Positions 50,629 to 63,350 of a DNA stretch of 64,000 nucleotides are shown piece after piece. Position 1 is the stretch's first letter. Each line of letters begins with the position of its first letter. Source of the DNA: Octopus sinensis (taxonomy: Eukaryota); the NCBI RefSeq assembly GCF_006345805.1, contig NC_043002.1, forward strand, positions 9,176,001-9,240,000, written 5' to 3'. Both the position numbers and the translations under genes were made by a program. The notes under the pieces were generated by a model. It saw only the letters and a program-made list of their open reading frames with translations, was not told the DNA's origin and made no database searches.

Positions 50629-51493
50629 GTAGAGGATCATAGCTCAACTAATTAGGAAAAGAGTTAGACTCGATGAGATGCAATTTAGTTTTGTGCCTTG
50701 GAAAAGTACCGGATTTTTTCTGTTTGGCTGCCAGCATCAGTTTTTGTTCAAATTGATTTCATATTCAGTGTAATTATACACTTTTATAGGCTAATGAATG
50801 CCATGAAAATCATTTTTGCTATGAATCAATAAGTCCACATTCAACCCCAGTGCTTAACTATTACAAATTGTGGATCTTTTTGGTTTGAATGGCAGTTTTT
50901 TAAAATAATTTCCACGTAACTAAACACTTTTAAACTTCGTATACTGGTAGAATCTGTTTATAAAACATCATTTTCTCTTGGCTTTATTGAGAAAATTCTA
51001 TAGTTTGTAAGAAATTTGTTGGTTTTTTTCTTCAATTTCAACCAATCAATGACGTCTATTGAGGTGAAAACATTCTGTGCCGTATGAATATGTCCCTCGT
51101 TTAAGAAACAGATTGGATTTATTTACATTTCTGAAGAAAAAAAAGATACCCTTCCCCCCACCCCTAACCCTAACTAACCCTAACCCTAAAACAGATTGAA
51201 ATGCAATAGATTGATACTAGGGTCATAATTATGGGTGACAATTTCATATGACACCGCTAGAAAAAACTGCCGTTCAAACCGAAAAGATCCAGTTATTTTT
51301 ATAAACAAACAAGGGTTAGGGTTAAAAAGTCGTAGAATCGACTTCTTACGACTAGCTAGAGCGAGTGCGCGCACCGGGACCACTGTTCGCTCGTAGTACC
51401 GATGCTTTGAGTGTCATTTGTTCTCTGTATGTAGAAAGATTAAAAATTGCGTCGTATGAAGCATTCACTCATAGAATACGTATTCTGCTACAA

Positions 51494-51717
51494 AGGGCGG
51501 TGAGCTGGCAGAAACGTTAGCACACCGGGCGAAATGCGTAGCCATATTTCGTCTGCCGTTACGTTCCGAGTTCGACTTTGCCTTTCAGCCTTTCGGGGTT
51601 GATTAAATAAGTACCAGTTACGCATTGGGGTTGATCTACTCGACTTAATCCCTTTGTCTGTCCTTGTTTGTCCCCTCTGTGTTTAGCCCCTTGTGGGCAG
51701 TAAAGAAATATATAAAA
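51494..51717 (+). mobile_element. Second tRNA-derived SINE family (GGCGGYGAGCTGGCAGAA head) with 15-bp TSD
   Basis: TSD CGTATTCTGCTACAA at 51479-51493 and 51718-51732. Central gcctttcatcctttcggggtcgataaa motif resembles the Meta/Sauria-type domain. Other copies: 17381-17780, 19655-19830, 49373-49760 (+); 32670-32970, 34880-35083, 58840-59070 (-). Confidence 0.88.
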
Positions 51718-51732
51718 CGTATTCTGCTACAA

Positions 51733-51929
51733 GCTTCTTCCCCCTCCCCTCCTTTGCTTCCCTTCAAAACAATTAAGCGATAGTCTCATTCAGGGGAGAT
51801 AACCATGGGGAGCACTTGTCCGGACCACTTTCATTTTCACCGCTTCATCCTCAAGTGTCATCTCTCTTCTCGATGTCTATTCATGTGTTCTGTTGTTTCT
51901 CTTTTTCCCCCACCACTGATTAAGGAAAC
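51733..51929 (+). promoter_or_regulatory. Probable NPRL2 proximal promoter / 5' UTR
   Basis: Unique, pyrimidine-rich sequence directly upstream of the ATG; TSS cannot be located from sequence. Confidence 0.4.
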
Positions 51930-52007
51930 ATGTCCACTGCCAACCAGATTAAAGGGATTTTCTTCTGTGAATTCCATCCGACCCAAGGACCAATCATAGC
52001 TTATCAG
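51930..52007 (+). CDS. NPRL2: NPRL2 (GATOR1 complex subunit) coding exon 1
   Basis: ATG at 51930 gives MSTANQIKGIFFCEFHPTQGPIIAYQ, then donor CAG|gttggt. Matches the NPRL2 N-terminal motif IFFxEFHPTxGPxIxYQ. Confidence 0.96.
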
Positions 52008-52497
52008 GTTGGTAAGATTAAAATGCTACATTTTTATACTCAATGAATAAATTTAGAAAAGAATGGAAGCTTGCTCCAAGTATTCCATTTAAGATCCTTT
52101 AAAATCGATCCTAAATATTTTTCTTCCGTTTTTTCTTTTTTTTATCTTATGGAATTATGTGATGTGCGAACTCTGGCCGTCGAATATTGATTTCTATCAG
52201 AGGCACAAGGTATAGGTACCGTAGCCGCCTCAAGATGGGGAAACTGTTACGCCCATGCCTTTCTTGGAACTAGTAGCGATGAAAAGGAAGTGAAATTGCT
52301 ACTTAAAGGGAAGTTTAGCCCCAAGTCAGCTCTGATTGAACACATGATGAAAAACGGTTCGGCTAGGATCATCCCATCTTTTTCTTTTTATATATTAAAG
52401 ACGACTTAATTCAGTGTATCTTCCCTTTGAACGAGATGAGGCTGCTATTTCTAGCAGTTCGAATGATCGCATATAAGCTCCTTCATTTATATATATG

Positions 52498-52553
<56 letters not shown>

Positions 52554-53235
52554 ATAACTAGTAATATACTGCTCGACGAGATATAAAAATATAACCACCC
52601 TATTACTCAAATTGAATATACTATTTTTTTTCTCTTATGTATAGACAACAAACTGATAAGATGATAGATAGATAGATAGATAGATAGGAAGATAGATAGA
52701 TAGATAAATAGATAGATAGATAAATAGAAAGATAGATAGAATAATTAGCGCATATTACACATAAGTACATATATATATATGAATAAATACGCCAGTTATG
52801 ATTAAAATTCGCTACAGTTCTATTATGAAAGTTGTTCAACGTCCAAGTCGGGTTCTGTTGAAGTGGACCTATAATCAAAAGCTTTCCAGCCTTGAACATC
52901 CTGCCTTTTCTTTTGTGCCAGGAATGTATCAGTTTTTAAGCTGGTGAGATATGATTTAAGAGAGAGCTGGTTGCTATTTCTAGCAGCTCGGGTGATCACG
53001 TAGTGTTGTTTGTTTTAGTGGGTCGTGTTCTTAGTATTGTTCTTGATTCATACTAGTCACTCTGTCATGTTTGTTGGTGCTTTTGTTATTATTGATCATA
53101 AACGATATTAGCTTTGGAGTATCCGACTGGCCTTGTACCGTTTTTGGATGTAAGAGGCGTAACTTCGGTATAGGTACCGGAAGTACCGGATACATTTCAA
53201 GAAAGTGTTTTATGTAAGTGGTACATTAGACAGTC

Positions 53236-53635
53236 TCTTTTACTCTTTTACTTGTTTCAGTCATTTGACTGCGGCCATGCTGGAGCACCGCCCTTAGTCG
53301 AGTAAATCGACCCAGGACTTATTCTTTGTAAGCCTAGTACTTATTCTATCAGTCTCTTTTGCTGAACCGCTAAGTTACGGGGACGTAAACACACCACCAT
53401 CGGTTGCCAAGCAATGGTGGGGGGACAAACACAGACACACAAACATATACACACATACATATATATACATATATACGACGGGCTCCTTCCAGTTTCCGTC
53501 TACCAAATCCACTCACAAGGCTTTGGTCGGCCCGAGGCTATAGTAGAAGACACTTGCCCAAGGTGCCGCGCACTGGGAATGAACCCAGAGCCATGTGGTT
53601 GGTAAGCAAGCTACTTACCACACAGCCACTCCTGC
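53236..53635 (-). mobile_element. CORE-like tRNA SINE copy in NPRL2 intron 1
   Basis: Same family. Confidence 0.85.
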
Positions 53636-53984
53636 GTCGGCCCGGTTTGCTCTATTACTTGTTTTGAGTTACATTATAAGCAGTGGTCATTTCTCAGTAA
53701 ATCAAATTTATCACCTGGTTTCAATTTTCAGTTGATTTATCTAATGTTGTTACTGCCCTCCCCCCCAATCAAGCCTTATCAAGTTGTTCTATGGTCAAAG
53801 GTATCCTGTTCATAACAATCTCATTCTATTTTTCAGACATTGCATGTCTAGAATTGCATTATCCAAACATGTCCTGTCTTTTTGAAGACAATAAGGTATG
53901 ATTTGAGTGAAATTTGGCTATTTCTAGAAGCTGAGCAACATAGAGATTCCCTCGTTAGCTCAGTTTGTACAATTTTTGAAAAAT

Positions 53985-56150
53985 GTAATTAATAGCGACA
54001 GAAGTATCAATACCAAAAGGTAATCTTGTTCTCCAACTTAATATGGAGGCTGTGGTAGGAGCCTAGTGGCAGGTATTTAAAGGGGAAAATTTGACAAGTC
54101 AGTGCTGGAGCCTAGCAGCAGGTATTTAAAGGGAAAGATATGACAAGTTAGTCAGTCACTGGCTGACACTCGCTGACGATACATTGAAGAGGCCAGGGAA
54201 CAGAAGAAAGAAGACATGCACCCAACACCAGAGCTGAACACACCTCCAAGGGGGGGGGGGGGCACATCAAAACGGTCAAGGAGTAGGGGCCGAAACCAGA
54301 CGTAGTTCCTCCTGATGATGTCTTGAGCTAACTGGATCCTATAAAGGAGCTGTTGTGGTAGCAGACCACGAAACACGGTTGTAATTCCTCAGAATACTGC
54401 ATTATTTACCTTCGGAGGACTTATCATAAGGATTTGTGGTGCATAAAAGCTCTTGTAATTATATTGTTGACAGACAACAATCATTTGCTATGGCCACCAG
54501 AACTGTCAGATCACAGGATTTCACCTTTCTAGGGGTTCTTCCATAACAGATGTTCTGCAGCACAATAACAACTGAATCTCTATCATTTATGTATAGAGGG
54601 AAATAAGATGCGACAGGATGCATAGAACCTTGGTGTCTATTCAGGAACTGGTGTCACAAATAGCTCATTAAGAAATAATAGTGACGGAAGCAGTGTTAAT
54701 ACCTAAAGGTAACCTTGATCTCTACCTTAACATGAAGGTTGTGACAGGATCTCTTATAAGGACCTGGGGTGCATAAAAACACTCATAAAATGTGCCGGTG
54801 GCAGGTAAAAAGCACCAACCGATCATGGCCGTTTGCCAGCCTCATTTGGCACGTAAAAAGCACCCGCTATACTCACTGAGTGGTTGGCATTAGGAAGGGC
54901 ATCCAGCTGTAGAAACACTGCCAGATCAGACTGGAGCCTGGTGCAGCCTCCTGGCTTTCCAGACCCCGATCGAACTGTCCAACCCATGCTAGCATGGAAA
55001 ACGGACGTTAAACGATGATGATGACAGACAAGAATTATTAGCAATGACCACCAGAACTGCCAGATCACATGATTTCACTCTGCTACAGGCTCCTCAATGA
55101 CAGATATCTAGCTGCATGATAACAATATATAGAATATCAGTGTCTATTCATGCACTGGTGTTGCAAATAGCCAGTGGGCTTATTAATAATAATTAATAGC
55201 GATAGAAGTTGTTTTAATACCAAAAGGTAATCTTGCTCTCCAACTTAACACAGAGGGTGTGTCAGAACACAGAATGCTGCTTTACCTTGAGAGGACCTCG
55301 TGGTACATAAGAACACTTGTAATTATATCATTGATGCACCACCAGTGGCTGAATAGACATTGAGAGTCTATATATTGTTGATGGCAGATTCGATGACTGG
55401 CATCCGTACTAGCGGGGTGCCAAGAACACCATCCAAGCGTGATCATTGACTGAGCGGCTAACCAGCTTCCGTGCCAGTGGTACATAAAAGGCACCATTCG
55501 AGTGTGATCATTACCAGCTTTGGCTTACTGGATCTTGTGCCCCGTGCTAGTAGGGTGCTAAGAGCACCATCCAAGCGTGATCATTGCCAGAGCAGCCAAC
55601 TGGCCTCCGTGCCGGTGGCACATAAAAGGGCACCATTCAAGCGTGATTGTTACCAATGTCGCCTTACTGGCACCTGGGCTGGTGGCACGTGTAAAAATAT
55701 TTGAGTGAGGTCATTGCCAGTACTGCCTGACTGACTCTGTGCCAGTGGCACATAAAAAGCACCCACTACACTCTCAGAGTGGTTGGTGTTAGAAAGGGCA
55801 TTCATCTGTAGAAACTCTGCCAAATCAAGATTGGAGCCTGATGCAGCCATCTGGTTTGCCAGCCCTCAGTCAAAATCGTCCAACTCATGCTAGCATGGAA
55901 AGCGGACGTTAAACGATGATGATGATGTGCTGCTGGGCATCTATCACTGAGGAACCCATAGCAGGGTGAAAGCACATGTTCTGGCAATTCTGATGGCTGT
56001 AGCAGATGATTCTCATCTGCCAATGATATAATTATGAGTGTTTTTATGCACCATGAGTGCTTATGAAAGATTCTCTCAAGGTAAATAGCACAATATTCTA
56101 AATTCTAACATAACTCCATATTCAGTTAGAGATCAAGATTACCCAGGAGA
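53985..56150. repeat. Old degenerate tandem repeat (roughly 370-400-bp unit) in NPRL2 intron 1, last unit inverted
   Basis: taatagcga.agaag...atacc.aaaggtaatcttg.tctc.aacttaa recurs at about 53990, 54677, 55190 and as reverse complement at about 56100-56145; interrupted by repeat X and family R. Confidence 0.7.
54050..54390 (+). mobile_element. Unclassified repeat X, copy 3 (NPRL2 intron 1)
   Basis: Same body and right end; internal duplication of the ggagcctag..caggtatttaaaggg..tgacaagt segment. Confidence 0.8.
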
Positions 56151-56295
56151 AATGTCCGATTTCACTACTTCTCAGACTAAAGTTTTGCAATTTTTACCTT
56201 CATCTTTCTTTATAATGATTTCATATGCTGCCGAAAGTTCACATTGTCTTTTGGCTTTCCAAAAGATTGGTAAAATATGTGTGGAATCAACTCCA

Positions 56296-56521
56296 TTAAC
56301 CCTTTCATTACTGTATTTATTTTGAGATGCTCTGTGATTTTCAATTATTTTAAATGTAACAAAGAATTTAGTAAAATAATTTAGTTCTCATTAACCTAGT
56401 GTTAGGAACATAAATTGTGACTAAGGTTTGGTGGAAGAATTTAACTCAAAACTTATGAAAACAAGACATTTGTACTCAGAGCCAGAGTCAGTTTCAGCTG
56501 GGTTAGTATTGAAAGGGTTAA
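56296..56521. mobile_element. piggyBac-like MITE, second family
   Basis: TTAA-CCCTTTCATTACT...AGTATTGAAAGGG-TTAA. Confidence 0.8.
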
Positions 56522-56809
56522 CTGCACTACATTTTTGTAAAAATTGGCATTGTTCATTTGATTAACATTTACTCAACAAATGGGTAAGAACCCTTTATAC
56601 ATTTTTGATTGACCTACTCAATGTATCGTTGAAAACACCCTCAACCAATCTTTCAAGTATTTTCTAAATCTGAGGGGACATGTTCTAAATCATGAGAAAT
56701 CATTCCATAGCTAGATATGCAAAATTGGATATTTTGTTCATGATTCTACTAAATTGGAGTTGACCATTCTTAACCAAAGATAACAACTTATTTCTTGTTT
56801 TTATTTCAG

Positions 56810-56901
56810 ATACCAGAAGATCTGATTAAAAAAGAAACTTTTGATGCTCTTCATATTTACATCATTCCTAAAAAAGAGTTATTTGAGCGTGATATTACAG
56901 T
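56810..56901 (+). CDS. NPRL2: NPRL2 coding exon 2 (92 nt)
   Basis: Acceptor ttttatttcag|, IPEDLIKKETFDALHIYIIPKKELFERDIT(V), donor |gtgagt. Resembles [24 protein letters not shown] of vertebrate NPRL2. Confidence 0.95.
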
Positions 56902-58582
56902 GTGAGTAATTATGGTCTCTCATTTCAAATTGATTTACTAATTGTTCGTTGCTTTTAATGATACAGGTTCTGAAGTTTGAAGTATCTACTACATGAGTTC
57001 AAATTTCACCACAGTTTACTACTGAAAAAAAAACTCAATTATTGTTTGCTTACAATAATTTTTTGGCTTTTTTACAGTAAAGAGGTTACGAGTAAAAAGG
57101 ACATCCAACTGTAAAAACATATATCCAAAGCACCAACCGATCATGGCCGCTGGCACCTGTGCCGGTGGCACGTAAAAAGCAACCACTATACTCATGGAGT
57201 GGTTGGAGTTAGGAAGGGCATCCAGCTGTAGAAACACTGCCAGATCAGACTGGAGACTGGTGCAGCCTTCTGGCTTCCCAGACCCCGGTTGAACCATCCA
57301 ACCCGTGTTAACACGGAAAACGAACGTTAAACAATGATGATGATGATGATTTCATAATGACACTGAAAATTGGATGTGAAACAGTAAAAGAAAATTGATG
57401 TGAATCTTATCAACTTTTCCTCAGACATTGTATTGAAGATATAAGCATTACTTGTTATTCTTGTCTATCTAACTAGAAAGATTAGTCTCTCACAGTTAAA
57501 CTTCTAGACAAATATACATATTTTCTGGCTCATCAAACTAAAATAAACACAACTTCCCTACATTCGGAGCACTGCATCCTTCAAAACTTCCATGCTTCCT
57601 GAGATTCGCCAACACTACACCTGATTTTCTCCCCTCCATACACACGCAAGCATGTATCTGACTCATACACTGTTCGCTTCCCAGACATTTCTACATTACT
57701 GCATATTCTTTATATGCACTTTCTGACAAGTTGTGGTGCACCTGAGCACCGTATACAATAATTTCATTATTATTATTATTTTTAAACTTCCATCAAACTC
57801 AGTGATTGGCATCTGTTGCTAGTGGAGCACTAAGAGTACCATACGAGTGAGATCGTTGCCAGAACAACAAGCTGGCCTTCATGCCGATGGCACGTTAAAC
57901 ACACCATTTGAGCGTGATCGTTACCGTGTCACCTCACTAACACTTGTGCTGGTGGCACATGAAACATTCGAGCGAGGTCGTCGCCAGTGCCGCTGGACTG
58001 GCTCCTGTGCAGGTGGCACATAAAAAGCACCATTTGGGCGTGGCTGTTGCCAGTACCACCAAACTGGCCCTCATGCTGGTGGCACACCCACTACACTCTC
58101 AGAGTGGTTGGCCACCAAACTGGCCCTCGTGCCAGTTCGGTGGTACTGGCAACAGCCATGCCCAAATGGTGCTTTTTACATGCCACCTGCACAGGAGCTA
58201 ATCCAGCGGCACTGGTGACGACCTCCCTTGAATGTTTCACATGCCACCAGCACAAGTGCTAGTAAGGTGACGCCAATATTTGTTTTTTTTTTCAATGCAT
58301 TTATGTAAAATCGGGTAACATTCCCATATGATTTCATATTAATTCCTGACTGCTAAGTGAAGTGAGGCATGTAGAATTAAGTCTAGTGGTTAGTCCAAAG
58401 TCATATCATTTCACCATTTTACTTCTACACATCTATGCTATTTGCATTCAATCTTATCATGATTTTTATTTAGCTATCCAACATTCTTGTTCAAATTTTT
58501 TTTTCCCCCAAATTTTTTCAATTGTTTTTTTTTTCACCCAGCTTTTATTTTTAACAATATTTTTCGTATTTTATATTTTCAG

Positions 58583-58751
58583 AAATGCACTTGGCCATAA
58601 AATCCTTGGTTACCCTGTTCACATTGATAGTCCTAAATATGCCCGCAATGCCCTTATATTCAACCTGTGCTTTGTTTTTGACCAACAAACATGTACAACA
58701 GACTATGAACCTGTGGTTAAGAAACTTTCTGCTTACTTGACTCAGTTAGAG
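58583..58751 (+). CDS. NPRL2: NPRL2 coding exon 3 (169 nt)
   Basis: Acceptor tattttcag|, NALGHKILGYPVHIDSPKYARNALIFNLCFVFDQQTCTTDYEPVVKKLSAYLTQLE, donor |gtagtg. Contains the diagnostic KYxRNALxFNL and EPxVKKLxxYLxxLE motifs; phase matches exon 2. Confidence 0.97.
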
Positions 58752-60670
58752 GTAGTGTATTAAATACTACATTCCATTATTAATATTTCTTTAAGCTTTT
58801 AAAAATTTTGTTTTTATCTAAATATTTTATGATTACCTATTTCTTTACTACCCACAAGGGGTTAAACACAGAGGGGACAAACAAGAACAGACAGACGGAT
58901 TAAGTCGATTACATCGACCCCAGTGCGTCACTGGTACTTATTTAATTGACCCCGAAAGGATGAAAGGCAAAGTCGACGTCGGCAGAATTTGAACTCAGAA
59001 TGTAGCAGCAGACGAAATACAGCTAAGCATTTCGCCCAGCGTGCTTACGATTCTGCCAGCTCGCCGCCTTATCTTTTAACACCTATCTATACTGGCATAG
59101 GTTGAATGGTTTGACAGAATCTGATATGTCGGAGGACTGTATCATGCTCCAAAATCTGCTTCGGCCTGGTTTTCTACAACTGGATGCCTTTCCTAATGTC
59201 AGCTACTTTACAGTGTGTACTGGATGCTTTTTTAATCTTTTTCCATGGCACCAGCACTAGCGAGTTCATGCCACTTGCAAAACTAAGATCCCTTAAGTGG
59301 AGCTACGATAGAGACAGAGATGGTTTTATGCTAGGTGATGAGAGGTCAGGATAGATTTCTTACTGTAGAAAAGCTACATGGCTACTCACATTTTATACCT
59401 AGGTGAGAATTTATTATTATGGATGATGGGTATAAGAATCGGTGCTAGGTTTGACATAATAACTGTTCAAGAAAATTTGTACCGTGTGCCCAAGTTAGAA
59501 ATCATCTATATTATTCTACTTGTCCCAGCCTTAATTATTGAACAAAATCAAAGACATAATCAAAATCTTTAGCATAATAAAGCAAAGTTATGAAGATTTA
59601 TAAACTTAAGCCTCAAAATAAGAACATTTATAAAACATGGAATTTCCATAGATCCTGCTAGACTATCATCATCATCATCTCTAGGATTAACTTCATTACT
59701 GGATATTTTTTAATGCCTGATATGAGAATAAATGTTGTGTATGAAAGCTTATAACCATCTTAACCATCAATTTGAAGTAATTATGACATGAATAGATTCT
59801 ACAACGTTCGGTAGCATTGTATGCTATGCCTTATCAGTTTTAAATAGTAGAACTTTAACAGTGGTAATCTTTGATTGTCATAGAGACTGAATGAAAAAGT
59901 TTGTCTGGATAGCAGTTTCACAATTTCTTTATATTAAAACGTAATAATTAATGCACAAGTGTCAACTTTGTATGATGGCCAAATATATAAATATCACTAT
60001 AATGTGAAGGAATTTTCGTTTAAGTTTCTTCTTGTTTTTTTTTTATTTGGTGGGGTGGGGTTAATTTTTTAATATTTGTAATAAGAACTAAGGGAATATC
60101 ATATCACATTTTAAGTTCAGGTCCATTGCAGATGTTTTGTTAATTAGCACCTGTGTAGACATTCCATCTTTTTCTATAACTAGGATTGCATTATCCAACA
60201 TATCTTACCTTTTTTAAGACTGATAGATGTGATTTGAGAATTCAGTTTTTATTTCTAATCAAGGGACTTTCTGCTTCTTGACTGTATACCAATTCTATAT
60301 TGTCTCAGTTTTGCAAATTTTTGGCAATACTTAACAGACCTTTTGAGAAAGGCTCAAAGGAATTGATCATCCATTGATACATACCTCTGTATACAAAGAA
60401 CCAATTGATTACTTGACCTGCTAGAAAAAGCAACCAAATTTCACTTTCTCTTTTGAATTATATAGACTGTTTTGGGTGTCTTTTTTAATTATGTTAATTA
60501 TTGTTCTGATTGTAACTTCTATTTAATTTAATTATTTTGTTTTAAAGCTAACTGGTGATTACTTATCAGATCGAATCATAGCAACTGTTGACTATTTTAA
60601 AATTTATTCAGTTATTTATTTGATTTTCTAATTAATGAGTATAAATCTAATTTAATTTCTTTATATACAG

Positions 60671-60779
60671 CTTGAGAGCGGTTATTTATCAAATGAAGAA
60701 TCCAGAAAAGAAATACCAAAATTAATGCAAGATGTCCTCCAAGCTTTAAATACACACGGAATGTGCCATGTGCCAATGA
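60671..60779 (+). CDS. NPRL2: NPRL2 coding exon 4 (109 nt)
   Basis: Acceptor ttatatacag|, LESGYLSNEESRKEIPKLMQDVLQALNTHGMCHVPM, donor A|gtaagt. Phase-compatible with exons 3 and 5. Confidence 0.95.
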
Positions 60780-61059
60780 GTAAGTGAGAAACTAGTTTGT
60801 AAGTTCAAGTCTTCTGCAGGTATTTAACTATGTGATCTTAGTTCATGTTCCTCTCAAGAATAAGTATCATATTACCTATTGGACTTTTAGATTTCACTCA
60901 AAGGATATTGGAATAATACATATATATACCATTATGCCTATAAAACAGATTTATGAACTCAATAACCATACATATCTTACATCTATTTTCTTTCCTCCAC
61001 CTCACTCTCTATTTGTATCACATCGAAACTAACTATGACTTAATTTTTCCTCTCACACC

Positions 61060-61114
61060 GTCTCCGATGAAGGGATATTATTATTAATTAATATTCTAGA
61101 AACAGCTGTAAGAC
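61060..61114 (+). ncRNA. Minimal type I hammerhead ribozyme motif (U4C variant), Penelope-type
   Basis: Stem I GTCT/AGAC; core CCGATGA; stem II GGGATATT/AATATTCT; GAAA; palindromic stem III ACAGCTGT; GUA cleavage triplet. Confidence 0.6.
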
Positions 61115-61214
61115 CTTCTATCTATAAATGCTCTAATATCTATACAGCCCTTGGTCTTTTTATCTCATTACGCAAAAAATTCATATATCATATTACCTAG
61201 GAATATTACTTATT

Positions 61215-61673
61215 GTAGACTGACATCTTGCCCAAGGAGAGACTTATCTCTCATCCAATTCTACTATATGGCTCAGAAACCTGGACATTATCAAAGAAGC
61301 TTGAGAGGCAGTTGGATGGAACTTACACTCGCCTCCTTATGAGAGCTCAAAATCTCTCGTGGAAGCGTCATCCAACCAAAGTACAAATATATGGGAAATT
61401 ACCACCTGTGTCATCTCTTGTAGAAGGTAGGAGAGTCCAGTTTGCTGGACATTGTTGTAGAGCTGAGAACGAGGTAATTTCTACTCTTCTCCTCTGGAAG
61501 CCATCTACTCGCAATACCAGAGGGTGCACACTCTCCTACCCTGATGTAATCTCCAGGGATTCAGGCATCCAGCAACAGGACCTCCGTAATGCCCTGATGG
61601 ACCGTGAAGTCTGGCGTAGCATAGTAAATTCCATTGTCTCGACCACAGTCAAACAATGATGATGATGATGATT
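61215..61673 (+). mobile_element. 5'-truncated RTE LINE 3' fragment (third family)
   Basis: ILLYGSETWTL, RRVQFAGHC, DREVWR motifs and a (GAT)n tail. Confidence 0.9.
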
Positions 61674-63350
61674 TCTCATCCGTTGCACACTCTGGAACCA
61701 GAGCTAAGAATCAGCTCCCAAACATAAGGGTCTCTGATCATAGACTTGCTCAATCAAGGCTGACTCGGTGCTAAACAACTGTAACAACCAAAAGGACCTT
61801 CCTAACTTAGAAGACATTTACTTTGTTATGGATACACTAATACACAGGTTGAGTGTTTATCACACACACACGTTAATGCATTGTTTGGCTTTTCAGAATT
61901 AACAGCAACCATTCTTCAGTGTTCGGTGCTAACAATTTCAGGGACTGAAGAAATATGAGTTATGACTTTCATGGTTTGCTCAAATGTATTAATCACAAAT
62001 TGAAATAGTTACAATGAGAATCAAACCTTTCATTCACCAGGAGCTCGCAGTTATTCTGCACTGCACTGCCTACCACCTCCAATATATAAGTGTAAATAAT
62101 AAGTCAAATCCATCTCTCAGATTTTATTTTCTAGTAATATGAAATCAAAATCAAAACCAAAATCAATTCAATGACTGGCATCCGTGCTAGTGGAGTGCAA
62201 AGAGCACCATACAAGTGTGATCGTTGACAGAGCAGCTAACCAGCTTCCGTGCCAGTGGCACATAAAAGGGCACCATTCGAGTATGGTTGTTACCAGCGTC
62301 GCCTTAGTGGCACTTGTGCCCATGCTAGTAGGGTGCCAAGAGCACCATCCATGCGTGATCATTGCCAGAGCAGCCAACTGGCTTCCATACCTGTGGCACA
62401 TAAAAGGGCACCATTCGAGCGTGATCGTTACCAACATTGCTTCACTGGCACGTGTAAAAAGGTTCAAGCGAGGTCGTTGCCAGTACCACCTGACTGGCCC
62501 CCATACTGGTGGCACGTAAAAAGCATCCACTAGACTCTCGGAGTGGTTGGCATTAGGAAGGGCATCCAGCTGTAGAAACTCTGCCAGATCAAGATTGGAG
62601 CCTAGTGCGGCCGTCTGGTTTGCCAGTCCTCAGTCAAAATCATCGAACCCATGCTAGCATGGAAGGCAGACGTTAAACGATGATGATGATGATGATGATG
62701 ATGAAGTGTCTAGTTTGAGGGATATTTGACTTCCATTTCCAGCAGGTTGAGAACCATATAGAGTTTCCTCCATTAGCTCTTTTCATTTGCTTGTTTACTC
62801 AAGTTATTAAAAGTAGTTTTCAGAGCTGTTGTGAAGATAAGTTGCATGGTCAAAATTTCAAATCTTACTACAGATAACTCTGTTTATTCTAGTTTTCCAA
62901 ACATAGAACAGGTTCTGCCTCTAATTCATAGCCACATAGTTACTATTAGTAAAAACTATTCATCTCTAAAACAATTACTTTCATGAAATTCACTCCAGTC
63001 ATATAATCATGAGCAAATGGATGTAACAGCATGGACAACAAACGTTGACCCTTTAGCATTTAAACTGGCCATATCCAACCAAAAGTATTCTGCCTGTTTT
63101 ATGTTCAAACTGGCCAGATCTGGTCTCTCACACCAACCCTACAATGTTGTTTTAAAAATTAACAGCTACCTCATCAAAATCTCATAGCTACAAGATTAAT
63201 GCCCGATTAGTTCAAAACAATGTGGATAAAAAAGGATTAATTTTCGCAGAATAATGTGAACACCAAAGGATTAAATGATGATGATTATGATGAATAATGA
63301 TGAGTTTGGTTACTTTTTTTTTAATGTATGTTTTTTTTATATCATTCTAG

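Noticed and set aside
52155-52335. Intronic C/D snoRNA in NPRL2 intron 1
   Set aside because: Only an imperfect C box (TGATGT), no terminal stem, and the nearest CTGA belongs to a repeat.
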